A stretch of DNA of 64,000 nt from Candidatus Limivicinus sp. Lineage in GTDB: Bacteria > Bacillota > Clostridia > Oscillospirales > Oscillospiraceae. Position 1 is the stretch's first letter. Every line of letters starts with the position of its first letter. Positions 9,584 through 19,097 of the stretch are shown piece by piece. The notes below the pieces were generated by a model, which made no database searches, had not been told where the DNA came from, and worked only from the letters and a program-made list of their open reading frames with translations. Position numbers and translations under genes: made by a program. The DNA lies in contig JAZLGK010000211.1 in assembly GCA_045616265.1 (NCBI GenBank), positions 5,056-69,055 on the forward strand, read 5' to 3'.

Positions 9584-9685
9584 TTTACCGCATCGTATGG
9601 CGGGGGCTCAGCTCCCGCCGATACGTTTTCCATCTGTAAGCAAAATACAAATCAGAATATTTTTATCAGAAAAGGAGAACAAACA

Positions 9686-10966
9686 ATGTATACAGCACCG
9701 AAAGAAACCGCTATTCTCCGCAATTACGAGGATGCAAAAGAGGTTTACGCCTCCCTCGGACTGAATGTCGAGAAGGCTATAGCCGATTTCAAGAAGGTCG
9801 GTATTTCCATAAACAGCTGGGCAGGCGACGATGTTACCGGCTTTGAGGTGCACGAGGGCGCCGTTCACTCCGAGAATACCGTCACCGGCAACTACCCCGG
9901 CAAGGCGCGCAACGGCGATGAGCTGCGGCAGGATATCGAACAGGCCATGAAGTTCATCCCCTGCACCTCCCGTCTCGGGCTGCAGAGTATGCACGCAGAA
10001 CCCAAGGGAAAGAAAGAACGCTGCGACTACGATATTGAGGATTTCAGAAATTACATCGACTTTGCCAAGGAAAAGAAGATCGCTGTTGACTATAACGTAT
10101 CTTACTTCACTCACCCCATGATGAAAGACGGCTGTTCTCTGGCATCTCCCGATGACGCTGTGCGCGAATACTGGGTGAAGGCCGGCATCAACGGCCGCCG
10201 CATCTGCGAAGGCATCGGCAGAGAGCTTAATTGCAGAGTCTTCAACAATACGTGGACTCCCGACGGCGTGAAGGATCTGACTGTTGACCGCATGGGCTAC
10301 AGAGAGCGCCTCAAGGATTCTCTTGACAAAATCTATGCGGAAAAGCTCGATCAGCGCTACATCTGCGACTGCATGGAGGGCAAGGTTTTCTCCATCGCCA
10401 ATGAATGCTTTACCGCCGGTTCTCATGACTTCTACATCGCCTACGCCTCCAAGAACAATCTCGGTCTGACGATTGACACCGGTCATTTCCACCCCACCGA
10501 GAACTTTGCCGACAAAATTTCCGCGCTCAAACCCTTCCTCGGCGGCTTTATGTTCCACCTTTCCCGCGGTGTCCGCTGGGACTCCGACCATACCCTCATC
10601 CAGGAAGACGCTCTTTATCAGGTGTTTCAGGAGCTTGTCCGAGCCGACCTCCTGCTGAGTGAGAATGTCGGCATCGGTCTTGACTTCTTCGATGCACAGA
10701 TCAACCGCGTCACCGCGTGGATACTCGGCTCCCGCGCCGCCGGCAAGGCGATGCTTGCCGCCCTGCTTGAGCCCACTCAGATCATGAAGGAAGCCGAGTA
10801 TTCCGGCAACCTCGGCAAGAGACTGGCTCTTTTAGAGGAGTGCAAGAATCTGCCTCTCAACGCTGTCTGGGATTATCTCTGCCTCACCACCGGTACCGGC
10901 GTCGGCATGAGCTGGATCGAAGAAATGGACAAATACGAAAAGTCCGTTCAGTTCAAGAGAGGATAA
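9686..10966 (+). CDS. rhaA: L-rhamnose isomerase
   Basis: Near-full-length collinearity with E. coli RhaA as I recall it: WAGDDVTGFE, GNYPGKARN, VDRMGYRERL, DTGHFHPTE, VRWDSDH, GLDFFDAQINR and RLALLEE. It is 426 aa versus about 419 aa. Confidence 0.9.
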   Translation: MYTAPKETAILRNYEDAKEVYASLGLNVEKAIADFKKVGISINSWAGDDVTGFEVHEGAVHSENTVTGNYPGKARNGDELRQDIEQAMKFIPCTSRLGLQSMHAEPKGKKERCDYDIEDFRNYIDFAKEKKIAVDYNVSYFTHPMMKDGCSLASPDDAVREYWVKAGINGRRICEGIGRELNCRVFNNTWTPDGVKDLTVDRMGYRERLKDSLDKIYAEKLDQRYICDCMEGKVFSIANECFTAGSHDFYIAYASKNNLGLTIDTGHFHPTENFADKISALKPFLGGFMFHLSRGVRWDSDHTLIQEDALYQVFQELVRADLLLSENVGIGLDFFDAQINRVTAWILGSRAAGKAMLAALLEPTQIMKEAEYSGNLGKRLALLEECKNLPLNAVWDYLCLTTGTGVGMSWIEEMDKYEKSVQFKRG

Positions 10967-10988
10967 AAAATCCTGTAAACAATAACAA

Positions 10989-11028
10989 TACCCCTATATG
11001 CAGTACTTATTTCCTGCATATAGGGGTA
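10989..11028. terminator. Bidirectional terminator between convergent rhaA and the SBP gene
   Basis: Perfect 15-bp stem TACCCCTATATGCAG / CTGCATATAGGGGTA. Confidence 0.65.
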
Positions 11029-11073
11029 TCGCTTTATCTGTCAGTCTTCTTATCTATAGTATTTCAGAATGAA

Positions 11074-12015
11074 TTACTTGAGAAGACCGTTCTCTTCGAT
11101 ATATTCAGCGGTGAGCATGGTAACACCGGTGTCCATATCTTCGAACTCTTCGGTGCCGTTCTTGAGGTACTCAATAGCGGTTTGGATGCCGTAGTAGCCC
11201 ATGTTGTAGGGGTTCTGAGCGGTGGTAGCTACGAGGAAACCGTCTGCAACGAGGTTGAGGATAGCGTCGGACTTATCGAAGCCAACTGCGAGAACCTTGC
11301 AGTCTTCGCCTTCAGCCTTGATTGCGTTGCCGACACCAACGGTGGTGCCTTCGTTTGCACCGAACAGTGCTACGACGCCGTCAGTGATGAAGTTGGTGGC
11401 AGCTTCCTGAGATCTTGCTGCGTCGCCATCGGTGTAGACAGGCTCGAGGACCTCGAACTTGGTGCCTTCGAAAGCCTTGCGGAAGCCGGCTTCACGCTGC
11501 TGGGTGGAAACGGTAGCAGCATTGACGTTTGCAATACCGATCTTGCCTTCGGTAACGCCTGCAGCGGTCAGAGCATCGAGAAGGGTCTTGCCGGCGAGCT
11601 CGCCTGCATTGGTGTTGTTGGTTGCGAGGGTCTGGAGAGCGACATCGGAGTTTGCGGGAGAGTCAACATAGATGAACTTTACGCCATCTGCATTGTACTG
11701 CTCGATAACTGCAACTTCGGTCTCGGGGCCGTTGGAAGCGAGAAGGATAACGTCTGCATTGTCAGCGTATGCATTGTTGATGCACTCGATCTGAGCAGCG
11801 TCATTCTTACCGGTTGTGGGGCCGGTCCACTTGTAGTTGATGGTGAGGTCTTTCTCTTCGGCAACAGCTGCCTGAGCGCCTTCATCGACGGAAACCCAGT
11901 GCATATCCTCAAGGTCCATGGTGATGAGGTATACGGTTTTTTCCTCTGCGAATGCGCCTGCGGAAAGGCTGAGTACCATAACCAGCGCGAGAACGATTGC
12001 GAACAGTTTCTTCAT
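11074..12015 (-). CDS. Sugar ABC transporter substrate-binding protein (RbsB-like)
   Basis: Signal peptide MKKLFAIVLALVMVLSLSAGAFA followed by a PBP type I sequence; strong RBS. Confidence 0.85.
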   Translation of the reverse strand: MKKLFAIVLALVMVLSLSAGAFAEEKTVYLITMDLEDMHWVSVDEGAQAAVAEEKDLTINYKWTGPTTGKNDAAQIECINNAYADNADVILLASNGPETEVAVIEQYNADGVKFIYVDSPANSDVALQTLATNNTNAGELAGKTLLDALTAAGVTEGKIGIANVNAATVSTQQREAGFRKAFEGTKFEVLEPVYTDGDAARSQEAATNFITDGVVALFGANEGTTVGVGNAIKAEGEDCKVLAVGFDKSDAILNLVADGFLVATTAQNPYNMGYYGIQTAIEYLKNGTEEFEDMDTGVTMLTAEYIEENGLLK

Positions 12016-12085
12016 GAAATTGTTCCTCCTTTTAATATTTATTAAAACGCTGTGCGTTTTAATTACGAATTGACCGCCTGAGAAC

Positions 12086-13108
12086 TCAGGACTTCTTGGC
12101 GGGACGCTTGGAGCTTCTGCGGAGAACGTCGATCAGAACGGAGAGAATGACGATGCCGCCGACAACGACATTTTTAAGGCCGACCTGCGTGTTGAGCATC
12201 TGCAGACCGTTGTCCATGACAGCCCATACACTTGAACCGACAATGACCGCCGCGAGAATACCCGTACCGCCCATCGTGGAAATACCGCCTATAACGGAAG
12301 CCGCAACGGCGAAGGTCTCGTAGCCGGTACCTGCGTTCATGGTGCCGGTGCCGGACTGGGCGCAGACGATGATGCCGACAACGCCGGCGCAGAAAGAAGA
12401 AATGAGATAGGCTTTGACGATCGTTCTGGGAACATTGACGCCGGAGAGCTTGGAGGCGTCAATATTGGAGCCGATGGCGTACATATGACGACCCGTGCGG
12501 GTGTAGGAAAGGACAAAGTTGAATATGAGCCAGATGACGATGGCGATCCAGAAGGTGTTGTATATGCCCGCCGTTTTGCCATAGTAGAAGAAATCCTGCA
12601 CGGCCTTGGCCTGCTCACGCCACTGACTGCCGGCGCCGACGATGGAGTCGGTGTTCATGTTGTTGTTGACCATCTGGGCAATGCCGCGGCAGATCGTCTG
12701 CGTACCGAGAGTAGCGACGAAGGGCGGAAGCTTGCAGCGGGCAACCAGTTCACCGTTCAGGACACCCACGGTGAGGCAGCAGACCATGCCGATCATGATG
12801 GCGGCAACAGGATGCATTCCGTTGCAGATGAGGGTGGCGATCGTCATGCAGTTCATACCGATGACGGAGCCGATGGAAAGGTCAATGTTGGCGGTTATCA
12901 GGACATAGCCCTGACCGATGCCGATGATAAGATAGGGAGCGATCTGACGGAGAAGATTGGCGATGTTGCGTTTGCCGAGGAAGTTGGGATTCTTGATCTG
13001 GAACAGGAGGCATAAAAACACAAGACCTATAGCGACCGTTACGACCTGTCCGACGCCTCGGGCGGAGAGAAATTTCTTAATGGGATTCTGTTTTGTTTTA
13101 ATTTCCAT
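12086..13108 (-). CDS. Sugar ABC transporter permease (RbsC-like)
   Basis: Multi-TM protein with NIDLSIGS and GSNIDASKLSGVNV motifs. Confidence 0.85.
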   Translation of the reverse strand: MEIKTKQNPIKKFLSARGVGQVVTVAIGLVFLCLLFQIKNPNFLGKRNIANLLRQIAPYLIIGIGQGYVLITANIDLSIGSVIGMNCMTIATLICNGMHPVAAIMIGMVCCLTVGVLNGELVARCKLPPFVATLGTQTICRGIAQMVNNNMNTDSIVGAGSQWREQAKAVQDFFYYGKTAGIYNTFWIAIVIWLIFNFVLSYTRTGRHMYAIGSNIDASKLSGVNVPRTIVKAYLISSFCAGVVGIIVCAQSGTGTMNAGTGYETFAVAASVIGGISTMGGTGILAAVIVGSSVWAVMDNGLQMLNTQVGLKNVVVGGIVILSVLIDVLRRSSKRPAKKS

Positions 13109-13126
13109 CTGAATATGCTCCTTATC

Positions 13127-14662
13127 TCAAACGTTCACGGCCTGTTCGCCGTCGAATTTATTTTCAAATCTGGTGGCATACTCAAGAATCTTTTCCTGAG
13201 TCGCATCCTCAATATTCAGCTCGCCCGTGATGCGTCCGTCGCACATGACGATGATTCTGTCGGCTATGCCCAGAACCTCCGGCATTTCGGAGGAGACAAA
13301 GATAACGGATATGCCTTTCTGCTTGAGCTCATTCATAATGTGGTATATCTCGACCTTAGCGGCAACGTCGATACCTCTTGTCGGTTCGTCAAAGATCACG
13401 ACTCTCGAATCCCGCGCCAGCCACTTTGCCACGACGACTTTCTGCTGGTTGCCGCCGGAAAGACTGCCCGCGTCCGCGTCGTCGCCCGCCATCTTGATCA
13501 CGAAGTTTTTCTTTGCCTTTTCCACCATCTCGGTGACCAGCTTTTTCTTCACTGCACCGATCTTGCTGCAGGCGATGTCAAGATTCGGAAGCTCGATATT
13601 CGAGCGGATGGAGAGCTTTGTGCAAAGACCGTCCTTTTTCCTGTCCTCGGGGGCAAGGACAAGCCCGTTTTTGATCGAATCGGCGGGAGAATTGATCTTG
13701 ACCTCCTTGCCGTCAATGAATATCTGACCGGATTCCTTCGGATCGACGCCAAAGATGGCTCGTGTGGTTTCGGTCCTTCCCGCGCCCATCAGTCCCGCAA
13801 AGCCGAGGATCTCGCCCTCGTAGGACTCAAAGGAGACGTCACGCACCATGCGCCCGGCGTTGAGATGTTTGACTTCAAGGATCTTTTTCCCCTTTTCGCA
13901 TTTGACGCGGGGGAATTTCTCTTTTATCTCGCGGCCGACCATGTTCGCTATGATATCGTTCATGGAGATATCCGCAAAGTTTGTTTCCAGAATGAACTGA
14001 CCGTCGCGCAGGATCGTAACTCTGTCAACAATGTGCTGGAGCTCTTCGAGACGGTGGGATATGTACACAATGCCTTTGCCCTCGGCGCGAAGCTGGCGGA
14101 TGATACGGAAAAGCTCCTCGATCTCGCGGTTTGTCAACGCGGAGGTAGGCTCGTCCATGATGAGGATCTTTGCATTGGTTGAAAGCGCCTTGGCAATTTC
14201 GACCATCTGCTGTTTGGATACCTGAAGGTCGCCCACGATGGTTGTCGGGTCAATGTCTATGTCGAGGCTTTTCAGGATCGAACGTGCCTCTTCGTTCATC
14301 TCCTTCTGGGAGACGATGACGCCCTTGTGCTTCTCACGCCCGAGGAACATATTCTCGGCAACCGTGAGGTGGCGGCACATATTGAGCTCCTGATGTATGA
14401 TCGCCACACCCAGCTCCTGTGCCTTCTTCGGATTCATTCCGTTGACTTCCTCACCGAAGATCTTCATGGTGCCGCTGTCCAGCGTATAGACGCCGGAGAG
14501 AATCTTCATAAGAGTGCTTTTACCGGCTCCGTTCTCGCCGAGGAGCGCCATGACCTCTCCGGCTTTCAGGCGGAAGTGAACATCGTCCAGCGCCTTGACG
14601 CCCGGAAAAACTTTGCTGACGTGGTCAAGCTCGACTATATATTCACCGGAAAACTGTTCCAT
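13127..14662 (-). CDS. Sugar ABC transporter ATP-binding protein (two NBDs, RbsA-like)
   Basis: Contains GENGAGKSTLMK, LQVSKQQMVEIAKAL, ILIMDEPTSAL, LSGGNQQKVVVAKWL and VIFDEPTRGID. Confidence 0.9.
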   Translation of the reverse strand: MEQFSGEYIVELDHVSKVFPGVKALDDVHFRLKAGEVMALLGENGAGKSTLMKILSGVYTLDSGTMKIFGEEVNGMNPKKAQELGVAIIHQELNMCRHLTVAENMFLGREKHKGVIVSQKEMNEEARSILKSLDIDIDPTTIVGDLQVSKQQMVEIAKALSTNAKILIMDEPTSALTNREIEELFRIIRQLRAEGKGIVYISHRLEELQHIVDRVTILRDGQFILETNFADISMNDIIANMVGREIKEKFPRVKCEKGKKILEVKHLNAGRMVRDVSFESYEGEILGFAGLMGAGRTETTRAIFGVDPKESGQIFIDGKEVKINSPADSIKNGLVLAPEDRKKDGLCTKLSIRSNIELPNLDIACSKIGAVKKKLVTEMVEKAKKNFVIKMAGDDADAGSLSGGNQQKVVVAKWLARDSRVVIFDEPTRGIDVAAKVEIYHIMNELKQKGISVIFVSSEMPEVLGIADRIIVMCDGRITGELNIEDATQEKILEYATRFENKFDGEQAVNV

Positions 14663-14692
14663 TTGTATCCCCTCCGTGCTGTTATCTTTTTA

Positions 14693-14721
14693 ATTTTATA
14701 GGCGGTTAAAAGGTTTGTCAA
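14693..14721 (-). promoter_or_regulatory. Internal promoter in front of the ABC genes
   Basis: Minus strand reads TTGACA, 17-nt spacer, TAAAAT. Confidence 0.5.
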
Positions 14722-14756
14722 TAGGAATTCAATATATCATAGAATATTTCGTGCCG

Positions 14757-15857
14757 TCAGCTGCACAGCAGGGTATACAGGATCTGCAGGATATCACGGT
14801 TGTCGGCGGAAATATAATCCACCTTTCCGCCCATGCGGCTGAAGGTCTTCATGTAGCGGAGATAGTAAGCAGGTTCGTCCATCGGCGGCTCACCCCGGGA
14901 CCAATCCCATGTGGATTTCTGCAAGTCGGCAACATGGATCGAAAAACTGTCAATGTTCCTTCCGCTCTGCAAAGAGACGTTCCTGCTCATGGAGAGGGAT
15001 TTCTCAAAGATCATCGGGGACATCACCGCCGAGCCGATAGAGAGGTAAACCCCGTGCTGTAAATTCGCTATGCTGTCCGCGTAGGAGAGAAAATCCGTTT
15101 CGGCACATCTGCCGACGGCGGCGCCTTTATTTGCATAGTGGGTATAGATAATGTCGTGTCCGAACATCGGATGGCAGGTGAAACGCCCATCCGAGCGGGA
15201 GACATAGGAATGGATGCTGAATCTCTTATAGGGATGGGAAATCTCAAGAAAGCCCTCTTTGAGCCCGCACAGCTCAACAGAATCTTTAAGATCCAACGCG
15301 GCAGCTCTTTTCCATCCGGGAACAGCTTTATCGGAGGCGACACTTTCCAGCTCGTCTGCGGACGGGATCAGAATGCCGTCGTCATTGACAAGCTTACCTA
15401 CGGAGGCGGCATAACCCAAGCCTTCATACGCACCGGCGGCGATGGCTAAATTAATATACTCGCCGGTCTCCTGCCAGGTGCCGAAGCGTCCTTTGGCAAC
15501 ATTGGCGCGGACGTCCTCACTGCTTCGGCCGAGGAAGGCAAACTCCCAGTCGTGGATGATCCCCGCGCCGTTTGTGCAGACGTGGGTAAAGCAGCCCTTT
15601 TCCAGCAGCGCGCCGATGAGTCTGCCGAGACCGTTCTTGATGGAATGAGCGCCGAAAGCGCATACGACCGCCGCTCCGCTTTCCTTGGCGGAACGTATTT
15701 CTTCCGCTATCTCTTCACAGTGAGAGACAAGAGCTCCGTCAAATCCGTCAAGAGAGACTCCCGCCGGTTCAAGGGAAGCCTCGGCGATATCTACTTTGCT
15801 GTATCTGTCTGCAAGAGGAGGATAGATCATTTCCGTCCTGTCAAAAAGACCGTTCAT
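14757..15857 (-). CDS. Uncharacterised protein with deoxyhypusine-synthase-family-like sequence pattern
   Basis: FGAHSIKNGLGRLIGALLEKGCFTHVCTNGAGIIHDWEFAFLG resembles the GA..GL...I..LI..G.....T.GA..HD.E.A.G core of DHS homologues. This is an assignment by eye only. Confidence 0.35.
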   Translation of the reverse strand: MNGLFDRTEMIYPPLADRYSKVDIAEASLEPAGVSLDGFDGALVSHCEEIAEEIRSAKESGAAVVCAFGAHSIKNGLGRLIGALLEKGCFTHVCTNGAGIIHDWEFAFLGRSSEDVRANVAKGRFGTWQETGEYINLAIAAGAYEGLGYAASVGKLVNDDGILIPSADELESVASDKAVPGWKRAAALDLKDSVELCGLKEGFLEISHPYKRFSIHSYVSRSDGRFTCHPMFGHDIIYTHYANKGAAVGRCAETDFLSYADSIANLQHGVYLSIGSAVMSPMIFEKSLSMSRNVSLQSGRNIDSFSIHVADLQKSTWDWSRGEPPMDEPAYYLRYMKTFSRMGGKVDYISADNRDILQILYTLLCS

Positions 15858-15874
15858 TTATGTACTCCCCCTGC

Positions 15875-17725
15875 TCAGAATTTCCATCCGAGATATTTTT
15901 TCAATATGGGCATCCACGAGAAGTCCGGGATGAGGATATCCGCACCAGCCAGCACAAGCCGTTCGCGCTTTTTGAGGTTGAGCCCGAAACGCTGATTTTC
16001 GTCACTAAGTACGCCGACAGTGAGGAAACCGTTTTTTCTGCCCTCGCGGATCTCTACCGGTCCGTCGCCGAAGACAACGGCACGGATGCTTTCTCCGTTT
16101 TCGGCGAAGCTGATACTCTTTATGATATTGCGCATGACAGTTTTTTTCGGGTCACTGGAAATATCTCCGACGGAACCGAATATACCGCCCGTGAACAGCT
16201 CGGATGTGCCGAAAGCGTCCGTTTCTTTCCTCACGTCCACAAGGTCGGTGCCGCTGGCAAGATACACCTTGATCCCCGCCTGTCCGAGACTTTCGATAAA
16301 CTCAAGGGAACCCTTCATGGTGAAATCGGAAGCATCGTTTATGCCTGCCGCTATTCTTGCGTATTTTTTATCGACCGCCCTGTTGAGAGCCGCCGTATAG
16401 ATCTTCTTGTATTCCGCCGCGGTTTTTATCTTATCCGCAGGAACATAGCCGTATCTTTTCACCATGTCCGCAAGCATCTGCATCTGCACGATGGTCTGAA
16501 TGCCCGTGGTCTTTTCGATCATGGCATCAATATCGGCATAGATGGCGGCAATTTTCTCCGCACTGAGGGAGGCATAGTAATCCCCCGTGATCGCTTCGAT
16601 CATGACGGCGCGCATGATTTTTTCCCAGCCGTGGCGGATGGTGGAAACGGTTCCGTCGTGGTCAAAGACAGCCACGTCCGGCTGACCGAAATGCACGGCG
16701 TCAGGATTTATGATCTCAATATCCGTGCCGTCAAGGTAGTTTGCCTGCCTTATATCCCCGGCAAGAGCGGGATTATAACGGTAATCCGGGTCGGAGAGAA
16801 GCTCTTTTGTCTCCTCCATACGGGGATGACCTGTCGCCCGGAGCGTTTTCGTGCTGACGGCGGCGGAGGCGTTGGCGAAGGGAAGCGCCTCTTCAAGCGC
16901 CTTTCCGGCGGCAAGAGAGCAGACAAGACCGGACAGAAAGGCATCTCCCGCTCCGACGGTATCGGTTGCCCAGATAGCGTTGATCCCCGGAACGGAGGAC
17001 AAAGTATGTCCGTCAAAGCCTATTGCACCGTCAGCGCCGAGAGTTATAACAACATTCGCTGATTCCCCGTAAAGCTTCACCAGTGCAGAGGCACATTCTT
17101 CCGGGGTTTCCGCGCCGGTAAGGGCTCTCGCCTCGGAGAGATTCATCTTATAGGAGCCGTTGGGATATAGAAGCTCCCTGCGGCTGTCGATCCACACAGG
17201 GACATTGACCTGTGAAAGAATTGCGGCAAGCCCCTTGCGGAAATACTCCGTATGGAGCGTGTTCGAGAACTGAGAATTGACAACGATCACATCATAGCGG
17301 TTGATCTTCTCCCGGAGTTTAGTAAGGATCGCGTCAAGATGCGCCTTGGAATAGACATTTTCCGCGCCGAGGTCGTATCTCGGAAGCTCACTGTCGGACT
17401 CGTCGTAGATTTTATGATAAACAAAGGTATCAAATCCGTCATATCCCGTGAAGCCATCGGTATTCACGCCGAAGCTGTTGAGAGAGTCTTTGAGAATATC
17501 GGCCCAGATGTCATTTCCGCAGGCGCCGTACAGATCACACTGCGCACCGAGGACGGCAATATTCACCGCCAGATTCCCGGCTCCGCCGGCTCCGCAGGAA
17601 TACCGTTTGATATAGTTGATGGGAAGTCCGGTTTCAACGGATATTTCACCGCTTTGTTCCGAAAAATAGTAGAAATCCAGTGCGGCGTCTCCGATAACGG
17701 CTATGCGGCAATCAGAAAAATTCAT
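15875..17725 (-). CDS. Bifunctional PfkB-family sugar(-phosphate) kinase (HldA/RfaE-domain-I-like) fused to a capped HAD-superfamily phosphatase or mutase domain
   Basis: N-terminal half has RIAVIGDAALDFYY, GGAGNLAVNIAVLGA and DTVGAGDAFLSGL. C-terminal half has HAD motif I VAVFDHDGTVS, motif II YLASGTD and motif IV VFGDGPVE. Confidence 0.7.
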   Translation of the reverse strand: MNFSDCRIAVIGDAALDFYYFSEQSGEISVETGLPINYIKRYSCGAGGAGNLAVNIAVLGAQCDLYGACGNDIWADILKDSLNSFGVNTDGFTGYDGFDTFVYHKIYDESDSELPRYDLGAENVYSKAHLDAILTKLREKINRYDVIVVNSQFSNTLHTEYFRKGLAAILSQVNVPVWIDSRRELLYPNGSYKMNLSEARALTGAETPEECASALVKLYGESANVVITLGADGAIGFDGHTLSSVPGINAIWATDTVGAGDAFLSGLVCSLAAGKALEEALPFANASAAVSTKTLRATGHPRMEETKELLSDPDYRYNPALAGDIRQANYLDGTDIEIINPDAVHFGQPDVAVFDHDGTVSTIRHGWEKIMRAVMIEAITGDYYASLSAEKIAAIYADIDAMIEKTTGIQTIVQMQMLADMVKRYGYVPADKIKTAAEYKKIYTAALNRAVDKKYARIAAGINDASDFTMKGSLEFIESLGQAGIKVYLASGTDLVDVRKETDAFGTSELFTGGIFGSVGDISSDPKKTVMRNIIKSISFAENGESIRAVVFGDGPVEIREGRKNGFLTVGVLSDENQRFGLNLKKRERLVLAGADILIPDFSWMPILKKYLGWKF

Positions 17726-17744
17726 GAAATCTCCAAAAAAATAG

Positions 17745-17772
17745 TTGCTAAATATTTCAAACGTTGTATAAT
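17745..17772 (+). promoter_or_regulatory. Promoter of the ROK-regulator operon
   Basis: TTGCTA, 16-nt spacer, TGTATAAT (extended -10). Confidence 0.5.
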
Positions 17773-17781
17773 AGGGTTATT

Positions 17782-17798
17782 AGTAAAATGATTTTACT
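17782..17798. promoter_or_regulatory. Candidate operator palindrome shared by two face-to-face promoters
   Basis: AGTAAAA-TGA-TTTTACT has perfect 7-bp arms. It lies just downstream of both predicted transcription start sites. Confidence 0.4.
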
Positions 17799-17810
17799 TA
17801 ATCCTCCATA

Positions 17811-17839
17811 ATTATACAGTCATCACCCTTTTTTGTCAA
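17811..17839 (-). promoter_or_regulatory. Consensus promoter of the kinase-HAD / DHS-like operon
   Basis: Minus strand reads TTGACA, 17-nt spacer, TATAAT. Confidence 0.6.
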
Positions 17840-17863
17840 GTATTTTATGAACCGGAGCGGCCT

Positions 17864-19063
17864 ATGAATAACACAAAAGTGAACAATGCGCAGGAAATGA
17901 AGTATTTTAACCGACTTCAGGTTCTGAAAATGATTGCAACGGAACATGTGATCTCCAGAAGCGAGATTACGGAGATTTCCGGGCTTACCAAGATGACCGT
18001 GTCCAACATTACTGCCGATCTGCTTGCGGCGGGGATGATCCGGGAATTTCGCTCCGACTCACACAGCGATACCCACATCGGAAGGACGCCGATGTTTCTG
18101 AAGCTGTCGGATAACTCCCCCTGTGTTTTAGGAGTATGTATTGGAAGAACCTACTGCGCTGTTCAGATCTGCGATCTGTCCGCCCGTGTGATACTCGAAG
18201 ATGTTTTCCACTATCCGGACAGCATCACCGGCGATGAGCTGTCCGAACTCATTCTTGCAAAGAGTCGGGCGCTCATGCACGCTTCCGGAAGGAAGATCAC
18301 GCTTGCGGGGATCACCGCCATCGGTCCGGTGGATTCCACGCGCGGTATGATTCTTGCACCGCCGGGGTTTCACGGCATAACCAACCTCAGCATTGCTCCG
18401 TTTCTGGAAAAGGAGCTTGAACTTCCCTGTATGCTGTTCCACGATGCCGCCGCCGCCGCACTGGCCGAATATCTCTACGGCTTCGGAAAGGGACTCAACG
18501 ATCTTATCTATATTCTGATTCACAACGGCATAGGAGCCGGTATCGTGATCAACGGGAAGATCATAGAAGGTCTCACGGGTCTCGGAGGAGAACTCGGCCA
18601 TACCTCTATCGATCAGAACGGCCCTTTGTGCTCCTGCGGATGCAGAGGCTGCCTTGAACTGTATGCTAACGGCAGGAGAATTCTGCAAGATTATAATGAG
18701 GCCTCCGTCGGGCAGTTGACTGCGGAGCCGGCGCAGGCGCTTCCCATGATGATCGAGCTGGCAGGACGCGGTGATCCGGCGGCAGTCAGAGCCCTTGACA
18801 CTTTTTCGGATTATCTTTCGGTCGCACTCGGGAATCTTCTGAACATGATCAGCAGTGAAAACATATTTCTCGGCTATCAGGGCAGCGACAACGGAATTTT
18901 TGAAAATATGCTGCGGACAAAGCTGCTTTCCAGGATCGTCGCGGGAGAAAACCGCAAACTCAACGTCCGGCACTCCGCGTTCCACAGCAAAGGTCCGATC
19001 GTGGGCGCGACAGCCTATGCCGTTCAGAAAATATTTGACGGCGAGGTAGTGCTTGATATATAA
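17864..19063 (+). CDS. ROK-family transcriptional regulator (N-terminal wHTH plus ROK domain)
   Basis: The N-terminal segment RLQVLKMIATEHVISRSEITEISGLTKMTVSNITADL is an HTH. The ROK zinc motif GHTSIDQNGPLCSCGCRGCLE is present. Confidence 0.85.
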   Translation: MNNTKVNNAQEMKYFNRLQVLKMIATEHVISRSEITEISGLTKMTVSNITADLLAAGMIREFRSDSHSDTHIGRTPMFLKLSDNSPCVLGVCIGRTYCAVQICDLSARVILEDVFHYPDSITGDELSELILAKSRALMHASGRKITLAGITAIGPVDSTRGMILAPPGFHGITNLSIAPFLEKELELPCMLFHDAAAAALAEYLYGFGKGLNDLIYILIHNGIGAGIVINGKIIEGLTGLGGELGHTSIDQNGPLCSCGCRGCLELYANGRRILQDYNEASVGQLTAEPAQALPMMIELAGRGDPAAVRALDTFSDYLSVALGNLLNMISSENIFLGYQGSDNGIFENMLRTKLLSRIVAGENRKLNVRHSAFHSKGPIVGATAYAVQKIFDGEVVLDI

Positions 19064-19097
19064 TTTGCTAAAATTGGTTTACAAGGAGATAAATATC

